Shown here in pieces: positions 32,149-44,493 of a stretch of 64,000 nt of DNA. Under the pieces are notes generated by a model. That model ran no database searches. It had not been told where the DNA came from and saw nothing but the letters and a program-made list of their open reading frames with translations. The stretch comes from Acanthamoeba castellanii (taxonomy: Eukaryota): positions 434,001-498,000 of the forward strand of contig JAJGAO010000029.1 of NCBI GenBank assembly GCA_021020595.1. Direction: 5' to 3'. The stretch's first letter is position 1; every line of letters begins with the position of its first letter. The position numbers and the translations under genes are program-made.

Positions 32149-32440
32149 TTAACCATGACTCATGACTTCAAAGAACAGCAGGATGTTCCTCTGCGGATCA
32201 GGCGAGGCGACCGAAGCAAGAGGCTCGTCGCCCAAAGGATAGGGCACCATGGTATTGCTGGATCTGATCCACAGTGAGATGTTGATCTGAGCAAACGACT
32301 GGAGCGGCTTGGGGAACTGCTTGATCACGCGCACGCCCTCTGGTTTCCACCTAACATATGGAGCTCCGTCAAAGAGAGCATCGGAATGCGCCATCAAAGA
32401 CGCTGCAACAAATGGGGTTATCAAAGTCGTCGGCAAGCGT
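32149..32440 (-). pseudogene. 3' fragment resembling an NCLDV minor capsid/penton-like (DUF5901-like) C-terminus
   Basis: RVIKQFPKPLQSFAQINISLW..PYPLG..NILLFFEV pattern; 5' end cut by a dispersed repeat. Confidence 0.35.
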
Positions 32441-32595
32441 AGCTTGGCATTGCTTGAGAAGGGCGTCGGAGCGTACCACCAGAGTGGCCTGCAGCAGAAG
32501 CGGGAGCTCGTTGCACTTGATCATCGTGCCACCGCCGGGCGCCTTCTTGTAACCACTTCCGTAGGCCTTCATATGTGCGCGTGTACTATCTCCAA

Positions 32596-32596
<1 letters not shown>

Positions 32597-32680
<84 letters not shown>

Positions 32681-32681
32681 G
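32597..32681 (+). repeat. (GTT)n microsatellite
   Basis: Direct observation. Confidence 0.97.
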
Positions 32682-32793
32682 GTATGGTAACAATACCCTA
32701 AGCCTACCCACCACGGTGATAATCCGCATTCAATCCGTACAACGGCGTGTCATTGTTGTTGTTGTTGAAGCGAACGAGGAGAACATTTATTAC

Positions 32794-33141
32794 TCAATAG
32801 GGTGGTGAGATGCCCTTGGCCAGGAGGTGGTTTTTGATCTCTCGTCCCTCCTGCAATATGGCACATGGAACGCAGCACCAGGAATAGAAGAAGTCTGGGC
32901 ACGCTCTATTTTCCTATATGATCGATGAGCAGCATGAATAAGCGAATTCGCTAAGCAACCGCCGTGAGGAAATCAAGTTGCTGCGGGAAGTATAGTACCG
33001 TGTAGCCCATAGCCTCACGCATGACCTGGCGCCACCTGTATTCAGAGTGTAACACAGCTAACAAACAAAGATCTTAGGGGGAAGCATACATATGTTGCAG
33101 TCATCAAAACAGCCGCACAATCCCGCCTCAAAGTCGCCCAT
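32794..33141 (-). pseudogene. PLAC8-family gene, spliced, apparently lacking a middle exon
   Basis: Exons MGDFEAGLCGCFDDCNI / WRQVMREAMGYT / ENRACPDFFYSWCCVPCAILQEGREIK..*; phase mismatch between exons 1 and 2. Confidence 0.7.
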
Positions 33142-33857
33142 CGTCGGTGGGTCTTCGAAGACTTGATGTCGGTGGTTGGTGAAGTGATTTGTTGTTGGAA
33201 AACTAACAAACACACGCGCTCAACCCTTAGCCCTTAGCCATTTCCTGTGCCGGGGTTCGGGCAATGGTGGGAAACGCAAGTTGTTGCTTGGCAACAGTTG
33301 CTAGCCAATTGTGTAACACGGTGCTAGCACCGTGGAACCGGAAAGTAGGACAATGGGGAGGACCGGGTGACGTGCATCTGGTTGAGCGGAGTGTTATGCG
33401 GGTGTACCGGCCGTGTAACACGGTGACAGCCAATCACAATTTACAACACAATTGGCTGTCAAAGTCCGTGGGGGGGTCTCCTGTCTCACACCCTGCCGAC
33501 ACGGCCTTTTACCTTCGCACAAGGGAGCAGGATGGGCGGCTGTCAATCGGTTTGCTGGTGCAAGCACTGCACTTCTTGCGCTGGGGTCATGTACGTGTGT
33601 GGATGCTGGGACTGCTGCATACCTGGGGACGAGTTCACGGAGAACAGGGTCCCTACCGGTCTCGAAGTCCTCACCTGCAGCTACTGCACCGGATGGAATG
33701 GACAGAAGGGCGGAGAGCCCAAGCTACCCTAGTACCGAGTGCTCAACGCGCGACCTCGGCTTGCAAACATTTCGACTCTCCGACGCTCCACAGACACAAC
33801 TTACCACCAGGCCCTGATGTATCCCCTTGCTGAAGTAAATTGTTTTCTGTTCGTTTA

Positions 33858-34382
33858 CCACCACCACCACCACCACCACCACCACCACCACCACCACCAC
33901 CACCACCACCACCACCACCACCACCACCACCACCACCACCCACCACCACCACCACCACCACCACCACCACCACCACCACCACCACCACCACCACCACCAC
34001 CACCACCACCACCACCACCACCACCACCACCACCACCACCACCACCACCACCACCACCACCACCACCACCACCACCACCACCACCACCACCACCACCACC
34101 ACCACCACCACCACCACCACCACCACCACCACCACCACCACCACCACCACCACCACCACCACCACCACCACCACCACCACCACCACCACCACCACCACCA
34201 CCACCACCACCACCACCACCACCACCACCACCACCACCACCACCACCACCACCACCACCACCACCACCACCACCACCACCACCACCACCACCACCACCAC
34301 CACCACCACCACCACCACCACCACCACCACCACCACCACCACCACCACCACCACCACCACCACCACCACCACCACCACCACC
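33858..34382 (+). repeat. (CCA)n microsatellite, ~525 bp
   Basis: Direct observation; one register shift near 33940. Confidence 0.98.
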
Positions 34383-34440
34383 GGTTGGGCGGAGTCTCCG
34401 GTCTCACGTGGACGCGTCCGCGAAAAAAACAGACTCGCAC

Positions 34441-34533
34441 ATTTTCGGTTTGTCGGCCGTACTTGCAACCCAAAGTCCCACGCTCGGTTATTTTCGGTTT
34501 GTCGGCCGTACTTGTAACCCAAAGTCCCACGCT
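34441..34533 (+). repeat. Tandem duplication, 49-bp period
   Basis: ATTTTCGGTTTGTCGGCCGTACTTG(C/T)AACCCAAAGTCCCACGCT twice. Confidence 0.9.
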
Positions 34534-34677
34534 GACAAAAGAAGGACACGTGGTGGGTTACTGTTTACCAGGAATAAATAAATAAATAAACCAGGAGACC
34601 AACTGGAGTTCGCCTCGCTAGAAAAATATTTTGCCCTTGAATTCACTAGGCGAGGCATTGAAATCAATCCCCACAAG

Positions 34678-35563
34678 ATGACTTCTTGCTTGTTGTTCGT
34701 CCTTGCGGCCCTGCTCACCTGGCAGTTCGCAGCCTCTTCCCCCCTGGATACTGCACAGGTACGTGGGCGTTGTGTACGTGCACAAAAAAACCTATATCAT
34801 ACTAAGTCGTCGTCGTCGTCGTTGTCGTGGTATACCTAAAGGTATTTGGGATACAAGGAACCCTGTGCTCTCAAGTGCAGTGCTGTCCCACTGGCTGCAC
34901 CACTGTGGGTGGAGCATGTCGGTCAACCTGTACTCAGGTCAAGAATCCGACGAGGCAACCCTTGTTCATCCTTGAAAAGGGGCAAACAGTAGGTCCGTTC
35001 GTTCCCTGCTTAGATACAAGAGTAGTTTGGTTTGCTGACACACTCTTTTCGCGAACTCTCAGGGTTTCAATTTCACTGGCGTGGAGGTTTACTTCGGGAC
35101 ACGTCTTATTTCCGCAGGCGGATGGTGCTTCGCCAACCAATACGCCCATAATGTGCACAGTGCCTGCACCGTTTCTTCCCAGTATGAGGACACGTACCTG
35201 GTGTACTACTACCCCGACGGACCCAACGAACGCGAAATCGACATCAACTTCTACCTCGGCTCATCGGTCTGGAAGGCGGGCTTCAACGTGTCGGACTTCG
35301 TCGAAGCAGTTGGAATCCAGATCAACGTCACGGTCGATCGCATGGTTCTCCGGAGCGCGAATAACATTACCAACTCCTACGGTCAACACCAGGCGCAGGT
35401 TACGGTCCGGCTGCAAGACTCCACGGCTTGGGAGCGCGACCTTATGGAGAGGTGGTTCGACAAAGCCTATGTCAGCCAACTTGCTCCCGCGTTCTTCTTG
35501 ACGGAGGCCTCTATAACGTATGTAATGCCTGATCAGCCCATCGCAGGCTCACTGGCGACTTAA
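34678..35563 (+). CDS. Spliced secreted protein with a Cys-rich N-terminal module
   Basis: Signal-peptide exon MTSCLLFVLAALLTWQFAASS..|GTACGT, Cys-rich exon, last exon ~35118-35563, downstream AATAAA. Confidence 0.6.
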
Positions 35564-36340
35564 CTGGAGATGCCTCTGCGCAGCTTGTGTAGATTGCTGA
35601 GTCAATAAAAAAAACCCTAAGTATGAAGAACGAAATGGACTTTCATGTGCCAAGTCATGATACAAGCCTCTGTATTGCCTTAATCAAACAACAACGTTGG
35701 TCACTTGTTTGGTGGTGCACGACCGCAGGTTTGTGGGATCGGACAGATAGGCATTCAGCGATGCGTATCCACCGATGTGAAAGACCTGCGGCCAGCTGGG
35801 AAGGGAATCGCCGTCGGTAAGGTCACTGTATTGTTTCTTGGCGTTGCTGAACTAGGGTTCGCCGCCACGCCTGACCCATTTCACCCGCATTTTACGCCCA
35901 AGCCCGGCGTGGCGATGCACCGCTCCATGGGAGTAGGGGCAGCCCACCAATGCCAACACGAAGAAGTAGCTCCCCTTGGTGTCGTCGTCGACCACCTTCC
36001 CAATGGCTTCGTGTGACAGCGGACGGCATTTGGAGCCTCCGCGAGGGACGGATGCTGCCAATACTTCAGCAAGATGCAAGTCATCGGCTGGCTCTATGAT
36101 GCAGAGACACTTTCGTTCAGTGTCCACGCGTACGAGAATGGGCCATTCCGCACCCTCTGCTCGTGGAGCCACACCGAACGTCTTCTCGTATATGTAGTTC
36201 GAGCTTTCATCATGCTGCCACACATAATAGACGGGCGCACCGGTCCTTGCAATAGCCCTGAGATACTTGGCTGTCTTGACCTCGCCGTGGATGCCGAAAG
36301 AGGATGTAGTAGTGTTTCATCACTGGGTGCCGATTTATGG

Positions 36341-37290
36341 TTATTGTGTGCCAATGCTAGATAATTTGGCGCTCCTGGCGTAGGGGAGATAATTGGAGAT
36401 GATCGACTGAGACGCTGCCAGAGACAACCGCGGAGTCCTGAAGTAGGTGAAGTCTCCTACGTGCTCGTAGAGTAGGGTCGACGCCACTCCACAGGGCAGC
36501 GGAGAGGTCGGTACCACGTCATCTTCGCTACGGTACTGCATCAGCGTCGGTATCTTGTCGCGGCGTACCTTCTCGACGTGTGCCGCGAATGTCTGGTTGC
36601 CCACGCGCGGTGCCCCGAACGTGTTCACGTGTATGTTCCCCGACACGAGTGGCACTCCAGCTGCGGTCTTACCGGCGAGGTCCAGTGCGGCCAGCACCGC
36701 GAGAGCGCCGCCGAGGCTGTGGCCGGTGATGAACAGGGTCCCCAGTTGCGCGTTGGCCATGGCCTCGCGAAGGCTTCTACTGAGCCCGCTCTCGTTGTAG
36801 GCCTTGTCAAACCCGCGGTGTATGCGGGGTGCTTCATTCTCGCGATTCGATAATGACGACGGCGGCGGGGGCGGCGGGGAAAAATGGTAAGGGGTCTGCA
36901 CAAGGACAGAATCGATACCCCATTCCATCACGCCTTGGGTGCCGCGGAATGCCAGATACCCCACGGATGGGTCCACGTTGGAGCGCCAAAGGATCGCGAG
37001 AGGATCGACGATGTCGAACGGGATGAACCGCACCATAACTTGGTGACACCCGTCGGTGCCCACCCGCCGTCCTCCACGTCGTCGGTGATGTCGTAGACGT
37101 AGGCCAGGAACTCCAGCGTGGGCTCTCTGGGAGTATTACTTGGTTGGACTTGCCTTGGGGTCGCCCACCACCCGAGCGGCCCCCGCGTGGCACCGTGGGC
37201 AACCTCGCCGTGGACCGCGCACCGGCGTGGAACCTCTTCGTGGTGGTTGACCACGATGAGAACAGCAACACGTACACCCTAGCCTTTCCA
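36341..37290 (-). pseudogene. Class 3 lipase (alpha/beta hydrolase), frameshifted or partial
   Basis: AFRGT, ITGHSLGGALA, TFGAPRVGN, DVVP, YEHVG motifs. Confidence 0.85.
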
Positions 37291-37536
37291 CGCATCAAGT
37301 CGGTGAACGGGCAGCTATGCCTCGGCCAGGATAAGTTGTGGTTTTCTTTTAAATTGAAACAAAACCCCTAACCCAAAGTAAATAAATTCATTGTGTCGTC
37401 TCCGTCTCAGACCCACGGGGAAGTTTTCCGGGACCTACTTGAAACTCTGTTCTAGTGGATTGCAACTTGTATTTTAGGGTTAGGGTTACAGGAAAAAGTT
37501 TACTCTTGGGCAGGACACGCAATGAGTTGGTTGGTT

Positions 37537-37908
37537 CTAAGGTATCCACGTGGGCTGGTGATGAGGGCAGCTGAGTTCGTTGTCATGCTTCCACTGTTGA
37601 AGCGACCAATGATAGCTACACCGATCGGTCGCGCAGCCCTTGATGCTGTGTTGCTTGCAATCCAAAGCCACGCACTTGGGCACATGCGTGTAGTGGAACC
37701 TTCGGCGCTTGGGGCGATGGACGCGGACCTCTTCTACCTGTTCGACCTGCTTCTCGATGGCCGTTACGACACCGGGGGGCGGGGCGTCCTCCTCGCTGTT
37801 CTGCTTCCTCTTCGCCGTCGTACCGAATCCTCCTCCTGTGCTCGGCTGTTCGTCACTATTTGGGCTGTTTGAGGAGGGCCAGTCTAACCCCTGTGGCGAG
37901 GACATCAT
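37537..37908 (-). CDS. Small protein with a Cys/His-rich C-terminus
   Basis: 123-aa ORF with NLS-like RPKRRR and CVALDC..GC..RC..H..C.HH. Confidence 0.4.
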   Translation of the reverse strand: MMSSPQGLDWPSSNSPNSDEQPSTGGGFGTTAKRKQNSEEDAPPPGVVTAIEKQVEQVEEVRVHRPKRRRFHYTHVPKCVALDCKQHSIKGCATDRCSYHWSLQQWKHDNELSCPHHQPTWIP

Positions 37909-38547
37909 GTCGGTCGCTGAAACCGCTAAGGTTGATTTCAGAAGAGCTTAACTGGTGGGACGGAGAGACTTAGGAGGCTGCGACGAGTGCGTCAGGACGC
38001 TTCTGCGAGACGCAGCGCCTGACGAGTGCGAGTGCGAGTGCGAATGCGTATGTGAATGCGTATGTGGCTGTACAAGTCTCACCTGGCTTTCCACATGCAC
38101 AATTTTTTATGAAGCCAGCTGAACAACCAACAGATCATCGTCATCATCTCCAGTCGTCATTGTTGGGGAACATCAAAACGAGGGCGCCTACCATGCGCTC
38201 TGGTGCTTCCTCACCTTCCTTACTTGTGGACTGGCCCTTCCTTGCTGGATGTGCGACTGCTGTGCAAAGTGCTGCTGAAGGTTCCATGATTCGTCCCCCA
38301 CCCAAACATTTTCCTTCCTTCCCCCCCTAACCCTAACCCTCCTCACGTAGAGATTGGTTTCATCCGGACAGTCGCAACGGGCTCGATCGATGGACAAGAA
38401 GTGATGTTCATCCGACATGTCTGAAGATATTACAATGTAAACGCTCAATGCTTCATCCTCCTGGACAAATCCTAAGATTATCCAACACGGTCTTGCCTGC
38501 AAACGAGAACGACCACAGAAAATTTATGTTGTCTTTTTTCCCATTAG

Positions 38548-38752
38548 GCACCGTGTCGCGGCCACTGAAGGAAATCGACCTGTTGGGGATGCTGCTCCGC
38601 AACTCGGGCCGGGTGCTGACGCGCGGCCAGCTCATAATAGACCGTGTGTGGGGTTCAGACTATGTGAGTGGCACCCAAGACCCTGTGATGTCCATGGCTC
38701 CGCAGCAAGGTTGATCCCGACTCGTCCCCTCGCCACCCGTCACAATTTGAGA
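38548..38752 (+). pseudogene. Fragment of an actinobacterial OmpR/PhoB response-regulator DNA-binding domain (RegX3-like)
   Basis: PLKEIDLLGMLLRNSGRVLTRGQLIIDRVWGSDYV, then frameshifted KTL/DVH and LRSKVDPDSSPRH. Confidence 0.75.
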
Positions 38753-38801
38753 AATCCATTTTTTTTGGTCGCTGTTTTGAACGTTCAAAACAGGAGCTCG
38801 A

Positions 38802-39284
38802 TCACAGCGAGAGGCCGCTCGCGGCATCGAGCCACGAGTTCAGCGTCGCTGCGGAGCTGCCGCCACTGCATTGGACCTGAACCAGCAAACCTGTGTTGCA
38901 CACACCGCACGGGGCGCTGAAGGATGCCACGGCCGTCGTTTGACACTGGCTGTCGGAGTAGAAGTTCCCGACGTAGTTGGAGCCGCTCTGGGTGACGGTG
39001 ACGTATCCATTGGGGGTGCCATCGCAAAGGTTGTAGGCTTGCACACATTGATTGATAGGGTAATCGCGGCACTGGGTCGGGCTGCAACTGCCCGCTCCGC
39101 ACGAACATACAGTTGTTCCTGCAAGATTTTTGAATTGATTGATCGACGTCGATAAGTTAGAGAACAGAAGACAGCGAGGGAAACTGTGATAGCAAGCTGT
39201 ATTGAACGCACCCTGCGCCGAGGCGATCATCACGGCCACTAGCAGAAGACAGGAGGAGAGGAAGGGACCAAACTGAGGGCGCAT
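38802..39284 (-). CDS. Small secreted cysteine-rich protein (one intron)
   Basis: Signal peptide MRPQFGPFLSSCLLLVAVMIASAQG, GTGCGT..TTGCAG intron, Cys-rich mature domain. Confidence 0.7.
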   Translation of the reverse strand: MRPQFGPFLSSCLLLVAVMIASAQGAFNTACYHSFPRCLLFSNLSTSINQFKNLAGTTVCSCGAGSCSPTQCRDYPINQCVQAYNLCDGTPNGYVTVTQSGSNYVGNFYSDSQCQTTAVASFSAPCGVCNTGLLVQVQCSGGSSAATLNSWLDAASGLSL

Positions 39285-40717
39285 GGTGGTGGTGATGGTG
39301 GCGACTTGCGTTAGGGTTAGGTTGAGTGAGCAAAAACACAGTGTGTGGTAAAAACCCTTTTTATCACCGAACCAAGAGAATCCTATTGGGTGGCGTGGCA
39401 CACACGGTGATTGGGTGATCTGCCATGGGCTACCAGGCGATGTGTTATATGGTGGGAATGTGCAGTGCTCATAAGATACAGGGTAGTGAACAGCGCACGA
39501 GACCAGATCCCGTCACATCGGTGTGCCCAGGCCCAAGTCCTAACCTGCGTGGAAAAAAAGGCCTGGCCAGGGTAATTTCAAGTTGTCCGATTGGTTGGTC
39601 TACTTCTCTGGGCAAAATGGGTGCGTCGCTGAGCTAGTCATTCTTCCTTCTCCTAGCCCCTGCATGTTGACATGCCCGCGCTTCTGGTCATCTGTCTGCT
39701 CCTGGAACCATCCGCCTACGGCAGCACCGCCACTACCTTCTTTTACAACAAAACCAATGCTACTCTGGTCCATTAAGCGTTCGGCAGCTTCACCTAATCG
39801 CCGCCCGCTCAAGTTGCACCGTACAGCTCGGGGAACTGGTCGATGTCAGGCTCCCTCGTGCACAACCTCGGCTGGATGGAGCACGATGTGTACTGGAAGT
39901 GACCCACCTTCCAGGGCTGTGTCGATGTCAGCTATCTCTGGGACCTTGTCTTCGGTGTCTGCGATTCCGGCTTTGCGACGTGTGCCGATCAAGTCGTCGA
40001 GCTGGCTGGTAGATCTCGTGATTGTTACTGCTACATCACCGACCAATGTTCTCCACTGGGTAATCCAATTCACATCCTCACCACAGACTGTTAGCGGTAT
40101 AATAAAGCGACGAGCGACATCTTGACCTTTTCAACTGCACACGCACTCGCACCGGCTAGTTTGTTTGCTCATTCCCCCCAGGGCTGAATGCAAGAAAATT
40201 ATGCCCATAGGAACGAAACGTAACGATCGCATAGTCTCTTGACCACGTGAGACAAACGTGCGCCGCCTGGAAAAGTCACACACTACTGGGGAGCCAATCG
40301 GAGGAGATAGAAACAATCGGCGCTGCATGGCGACCGCTGTTTGTTGGCGCTGATTGGCGGATTTAATTATTTTTGGTTGGCCGCCACGCACATGACCACC
40401 ATCCGGCGCCGCTACATGGCGAGCAATAATTTTGGCCAACCTGGCCACCTGACAGGAGTGTGACGGAAAATCGCTGAACCATGCAGCAGCTGGAAGTGTG
40501 ACTAGGCCAATCCGTTCCTCAATCACCATTTCTATGCCAACCACCAGGCGCGAGGATGATACATCCATGCTACGTCCATGGTCGCTCCCGGCAAGAAGCT
40601 TGTTGTGCGTACCAGACTGAACCACGCCCTGGCATGGTACATAATCTGGCTGCTGTGGAGCTGCTCGTCAAGGAAGGCACATGTACGCTGCTGAGCAAAG
40701 CACGACACAGCAGGTCA

Positions 40718-40848
40718 TGGCACGGCACGGCACGGCACGGCACAGCACGGCACGGCACAGCACAGCACGGCACAGCACGGCACGGCACGGCACGGCACAG
40801 CACAGCACGGCACGGCACGGCACGGCACGGCACGGCACGGCACGGCAC
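40718..40848 (+). repeat. (GGCAC/AGCAC)n pentanucleotide microsatellite
   Basis: Direct observation; same family as 61-441. Confidence 0.95.
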
Positions 40849-41074
40849 GTGCTTGGCCACCTCAGTCTGCATTTTGAGAAGCCAAGAAGCATTCATGTTC
40901 TTACAGCAGAGGGCCATCTTGAGCGTCGCCTTGAGGTAGCAGATCCAACACCTTTGGTGTCACCAACACTGGGAGGAAGGCAAAACATGTCAAGGCGGTG
41001 GTGGAGTTGCCCACATAGAATTCAGACGATCAATTATGTTATAGTGTGCAGCGGTCAGAAGCAGAGTGGTGCGC

Positions 41075-43104
41075 CCAGTGCTTGCTTGCTTACTGGTCGA
41101 CCAGTAGTCGGCTAAGGGCCTTAGTCGACCGGTTTAGTCGGCATGGGGCGGGATTTGATAAATGAATTAAAAATGATTGTATCGCCACCCAATGGGCACA
41201 TCGATATGTCGATTGGTCCATTCTTAACCAATGAGGAAACTTCATGCTGATTGGTCGGCAGGAGGTTGAAAACAGGAGCAAAAACCTTCGGTTAATAGGG
41301 ATGGAGGCTCCGACGAGGCAGGATGACCAACGGGGAGAGGGCGAAGAGGGCGAAGAGGATGAAGGGGCCAATGAGAAGCGGCCGTTCAAGCGCAGGGGGA
41401 GGAAGTGGATGAGTCGGGTGTGGGCAGCATTCTGCCTGACAGAGGACAGAGTGCGAGTGTGCAACCACTGCGACAAGGAGTTTGGGATGACGACGTCAAC
41501 GACCTCACTAAGGTACCACCTGGAGCGCGAACACGAGATCCACGACACCGACGAGGACAACCGTTCAGTTCCAAGCACGCCGACATGCTGGTGGCCCAGT
41601 TCATCGTCAACAACTGCCTGGCCCTACAAACCGCGTCGAGCGTCGACTTTATCAAGATGGTCACCTACCTCCGCAAGGGGTACAAGCCGCCGGGCAAGGA
41701 CCGCCTCAAGGCCATCCTCGGGGGCAAATTGAAGACGGCAATGGCGGAGGAAGATCAGGACCATCGACCACTACTCGCTGACCCTCGACTCGTGGACGAG
41801 CCCCGCCGGTCGGCCCTACGTCGGGATCACCCTGCACGGTGCCACCCCAACCTTTGAGTTGGAGTCGTTCATGCTGGGCCTAGTGCCGGTCAAAGCGTCG
41901 GAGACGGCCAAGTTAATCGCCCACGTCGTCGAGGAGGTGATTCAGGAGTGGGAGACAGGTGCATGATCGTGGCAGTCACCTCGGACGGAGCCAAGAACAT
42001 GTCGGCGGCGGTGCGCTCACACCTTAAGATCGAGTGGGTCTACTGCCTGGCCGACGTCATCAACCTCTGCGTCCGCCTGGCCCTCAAGATCCCCGGTACC
42101 AAGGAGGTCGTCAAGGCCGCCAAGGCTGTTTGCCGTACCTTCAAGGCGTCGGCCATCGCTCGGCGTGCCCTCGAAGACCGTCAGGCCGACCTGGGCCTGC
42201 CCAAGAGACCCCTCAAGTTGGACAACAAGACCCGGTGGGGCTCAACGTACGAGATGCTCAGGCGGCTGACCGCATCGCGACCGGCGGTATCGGCCTGCCT
42301 GGGCACCCTTCACGGCCTGCGCAAGCCTGTCGCCGATGATCTCACGTCGGCCCAGTGGTTGCTGATCAAGAAGATTGCCCACGTTCTCGAACCGTTCCAG
42401 GATGCCACCGAGTTTCTGTCGCACCCGACCATCGGAGCGGTCATGCCCATCGTTCTGGGCGCCATCCCCAAGCACCTCAAGGTCGTGCCCGCCGACGGTC
42501 CAGAGATCGAGGCCTTCAAGAAGAAACTGGCCATGGACATCGACATCCTCTGGGACGTGATCAACGTCAACGCCTCCGAGACCATGCTTCTTGCCGTCTA
42601 CCTCGATCCGCGCTTCAAGGACTTTGCCTTTATCCAGGATGCTGAGGGTCGGGACCTCTGCACCAGGCGCGCCATTGAGGCCCTCTCGACAACGCACCGA
42701 ACAGGCGCTGACGTGCCCTCTGACGACGACGGCGACGTGGCCGAACAGGATACGTCGTACGTGGCCAAGATGAACCGCCTCTTTGGAAGAGCCGGTCAGG
42801 TGCCGCTCGGCCGATTGACGGTGACGCGCTCGACGAGGTACAACGGTACCAGCGCAAGTCGTTGTGCCCGGCCTTTGCAGACCACGTCACAGCGCCCGCC
42901 ATGATCAACCCTCTGACCTGGTGGGAACAGCGCAAGGCCAAGTTTCCGCGTCTTGCCGCCCTGTCCCGCCGCCACCTCTCGATCACCTGCACCTCAATTC
43001 CTTCTGAGCGCGTCTTCTCCAAGTGCGGCTGAATCATCAACGAGAGGCGCTGCTCCCTCTCGGACAGGACCGCCGCCCTCCTTGCCTTTATCTCGATTTT
43101 ATAA
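41075..43104 (+). mobile_element. hAT DNA transposon relic (transposase 41301-43104, frameshifted)
   Basis: BED finger (SRVW..CNHC..LRYHLEREH), LTLDSWTS, VTSDGAKNM, TRWGSTYEML, LDPRFK, hATC WWE..FPRLA..SIPSERVFS; TAGTCG motifs at 41105-41140; no right TIR seen. Confidence 0.9.
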
Positions 43105-43164
43105 AATGATTTCGTAACGCCAGATTCATTAAAATGAAGATTGTGACTTTGTGGGTTCAACAAA

Positions 43165-43500
43165 CTAGACAGCCAAAGGGGAACCGACGGCGGCGCCTTG
43201 GGGGGCGACGCTGTTGTAGAAGGCGGTGCCGCTGTAGGCGTCCCACCCAACGTAGTTGTTGTAGGAAGTGGACTGGAGAGTAGTGAGGACAGACTGAAGG
43301 GCCGCCATGGGTAGGTGCTTGACGACGCGGCCGTAGTTGTCCTGGCACAGGTCAGGCGGTACCCCGGCCATGTCGTAACTAAAGTAGATGACACCGCAGT
43401 TGGAGGCCGGTTGGACGCCCGTGGCGTTGTTGACAAGGATAGCGGTCTGCTCCGGATACTGTGGGCACACGGACTACAGTATCCAGAGGCGGGACGGGGA
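43165..43500 (-). CDS. 3' exon of an unknown protein
   Basis: Strongly GC3-biased open frame ending in a stop, convergent with the hAT gene. Confidence 0.45.
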
Positions 43501-44493
43501 GGAGGACCAAGGCGATGCCAAGAAGCCACAGGGTGATCCCCTGTACCTGACAGCGAGTGCGAAACCTAATGAGAGTGCTTGTGCGTGTGCGTGTCTTTGC
43601 TAGCACTCGCGTTCAATTTCGCACTCGCACTCGCATCTGTGTCCGCACTCGCGTTCAGGTTCATTCCCATTCGCATTCAGGCGCATATGTTCGGACCCAA
43701 ACCCGAATACGAGTGCGAATACGACTAATACGTCATGCACTCGGGTTCGCAGTCGCAAGTCCCCATTCTGGGTGCAGTTGACCACCGATTGGTGTAGATG
43801 GTGACATTGGCGCCCGAGCGTTGAGGTGAGACTCGCCCCCTGCAATGGCTTGCACATCTCGACATCCAACTCGCCGCTCTGCAGGATGAACGGCGTGAAG
43901 CAGAGATCAGAGATCAGCTAATATTCCCGTAGCTCTCCGGGGTGTAGAAAGCAAGCCCTGCCACCACTCCCACGAGGAGGCACTCAATAACGCCGGATGT
44001 CGTGGACCAATCGCCCACACTCGTTCAATGAGCCATGGACCACGGACTACTGCTGGTGGCGCCATCTTTCCAGGTTGCCGTTTCTCCTCGAAGGAAGGCA
44101 AGGGGCTCACGTGAGCCGAGTAGGCCAAGATTACCACACAGAGGCGTTGCTATACGGCTGAAAGCAGGTGGAGGACATCTGGAGGTGGAGTGCGGTCAAC
44201 AGGCCTTCACATGCGGTGACGTGCCCATCAACAGCCCCCGAGGTCTGAGGAGAGCATGACGCTCGCCTGAAGAGGGGCGCTGGCTCGGAGCAGCAAGAGT
44301 GGGCCAGACTAACCGCTCCGAGTTCCGAGCGGCGCCGCGACAAACTCTACCCGTTCCTGGTCGACATGTAATGCGAGGATGGCAGGAGCCGATCCCGTTG
44401 CCAGAGCACCCTTCCTCTACCAGAGAGCCGGATCTATCCGCAGTCGACAGAATTCTGCGGTGACAGGGAAGGCCTCGCTTGCGGTTTGCAACA

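Noticed and set aside
33724..34581. Poly-W/V/P/T/H ORFs
   Set aside because: Translations of (CCA)n
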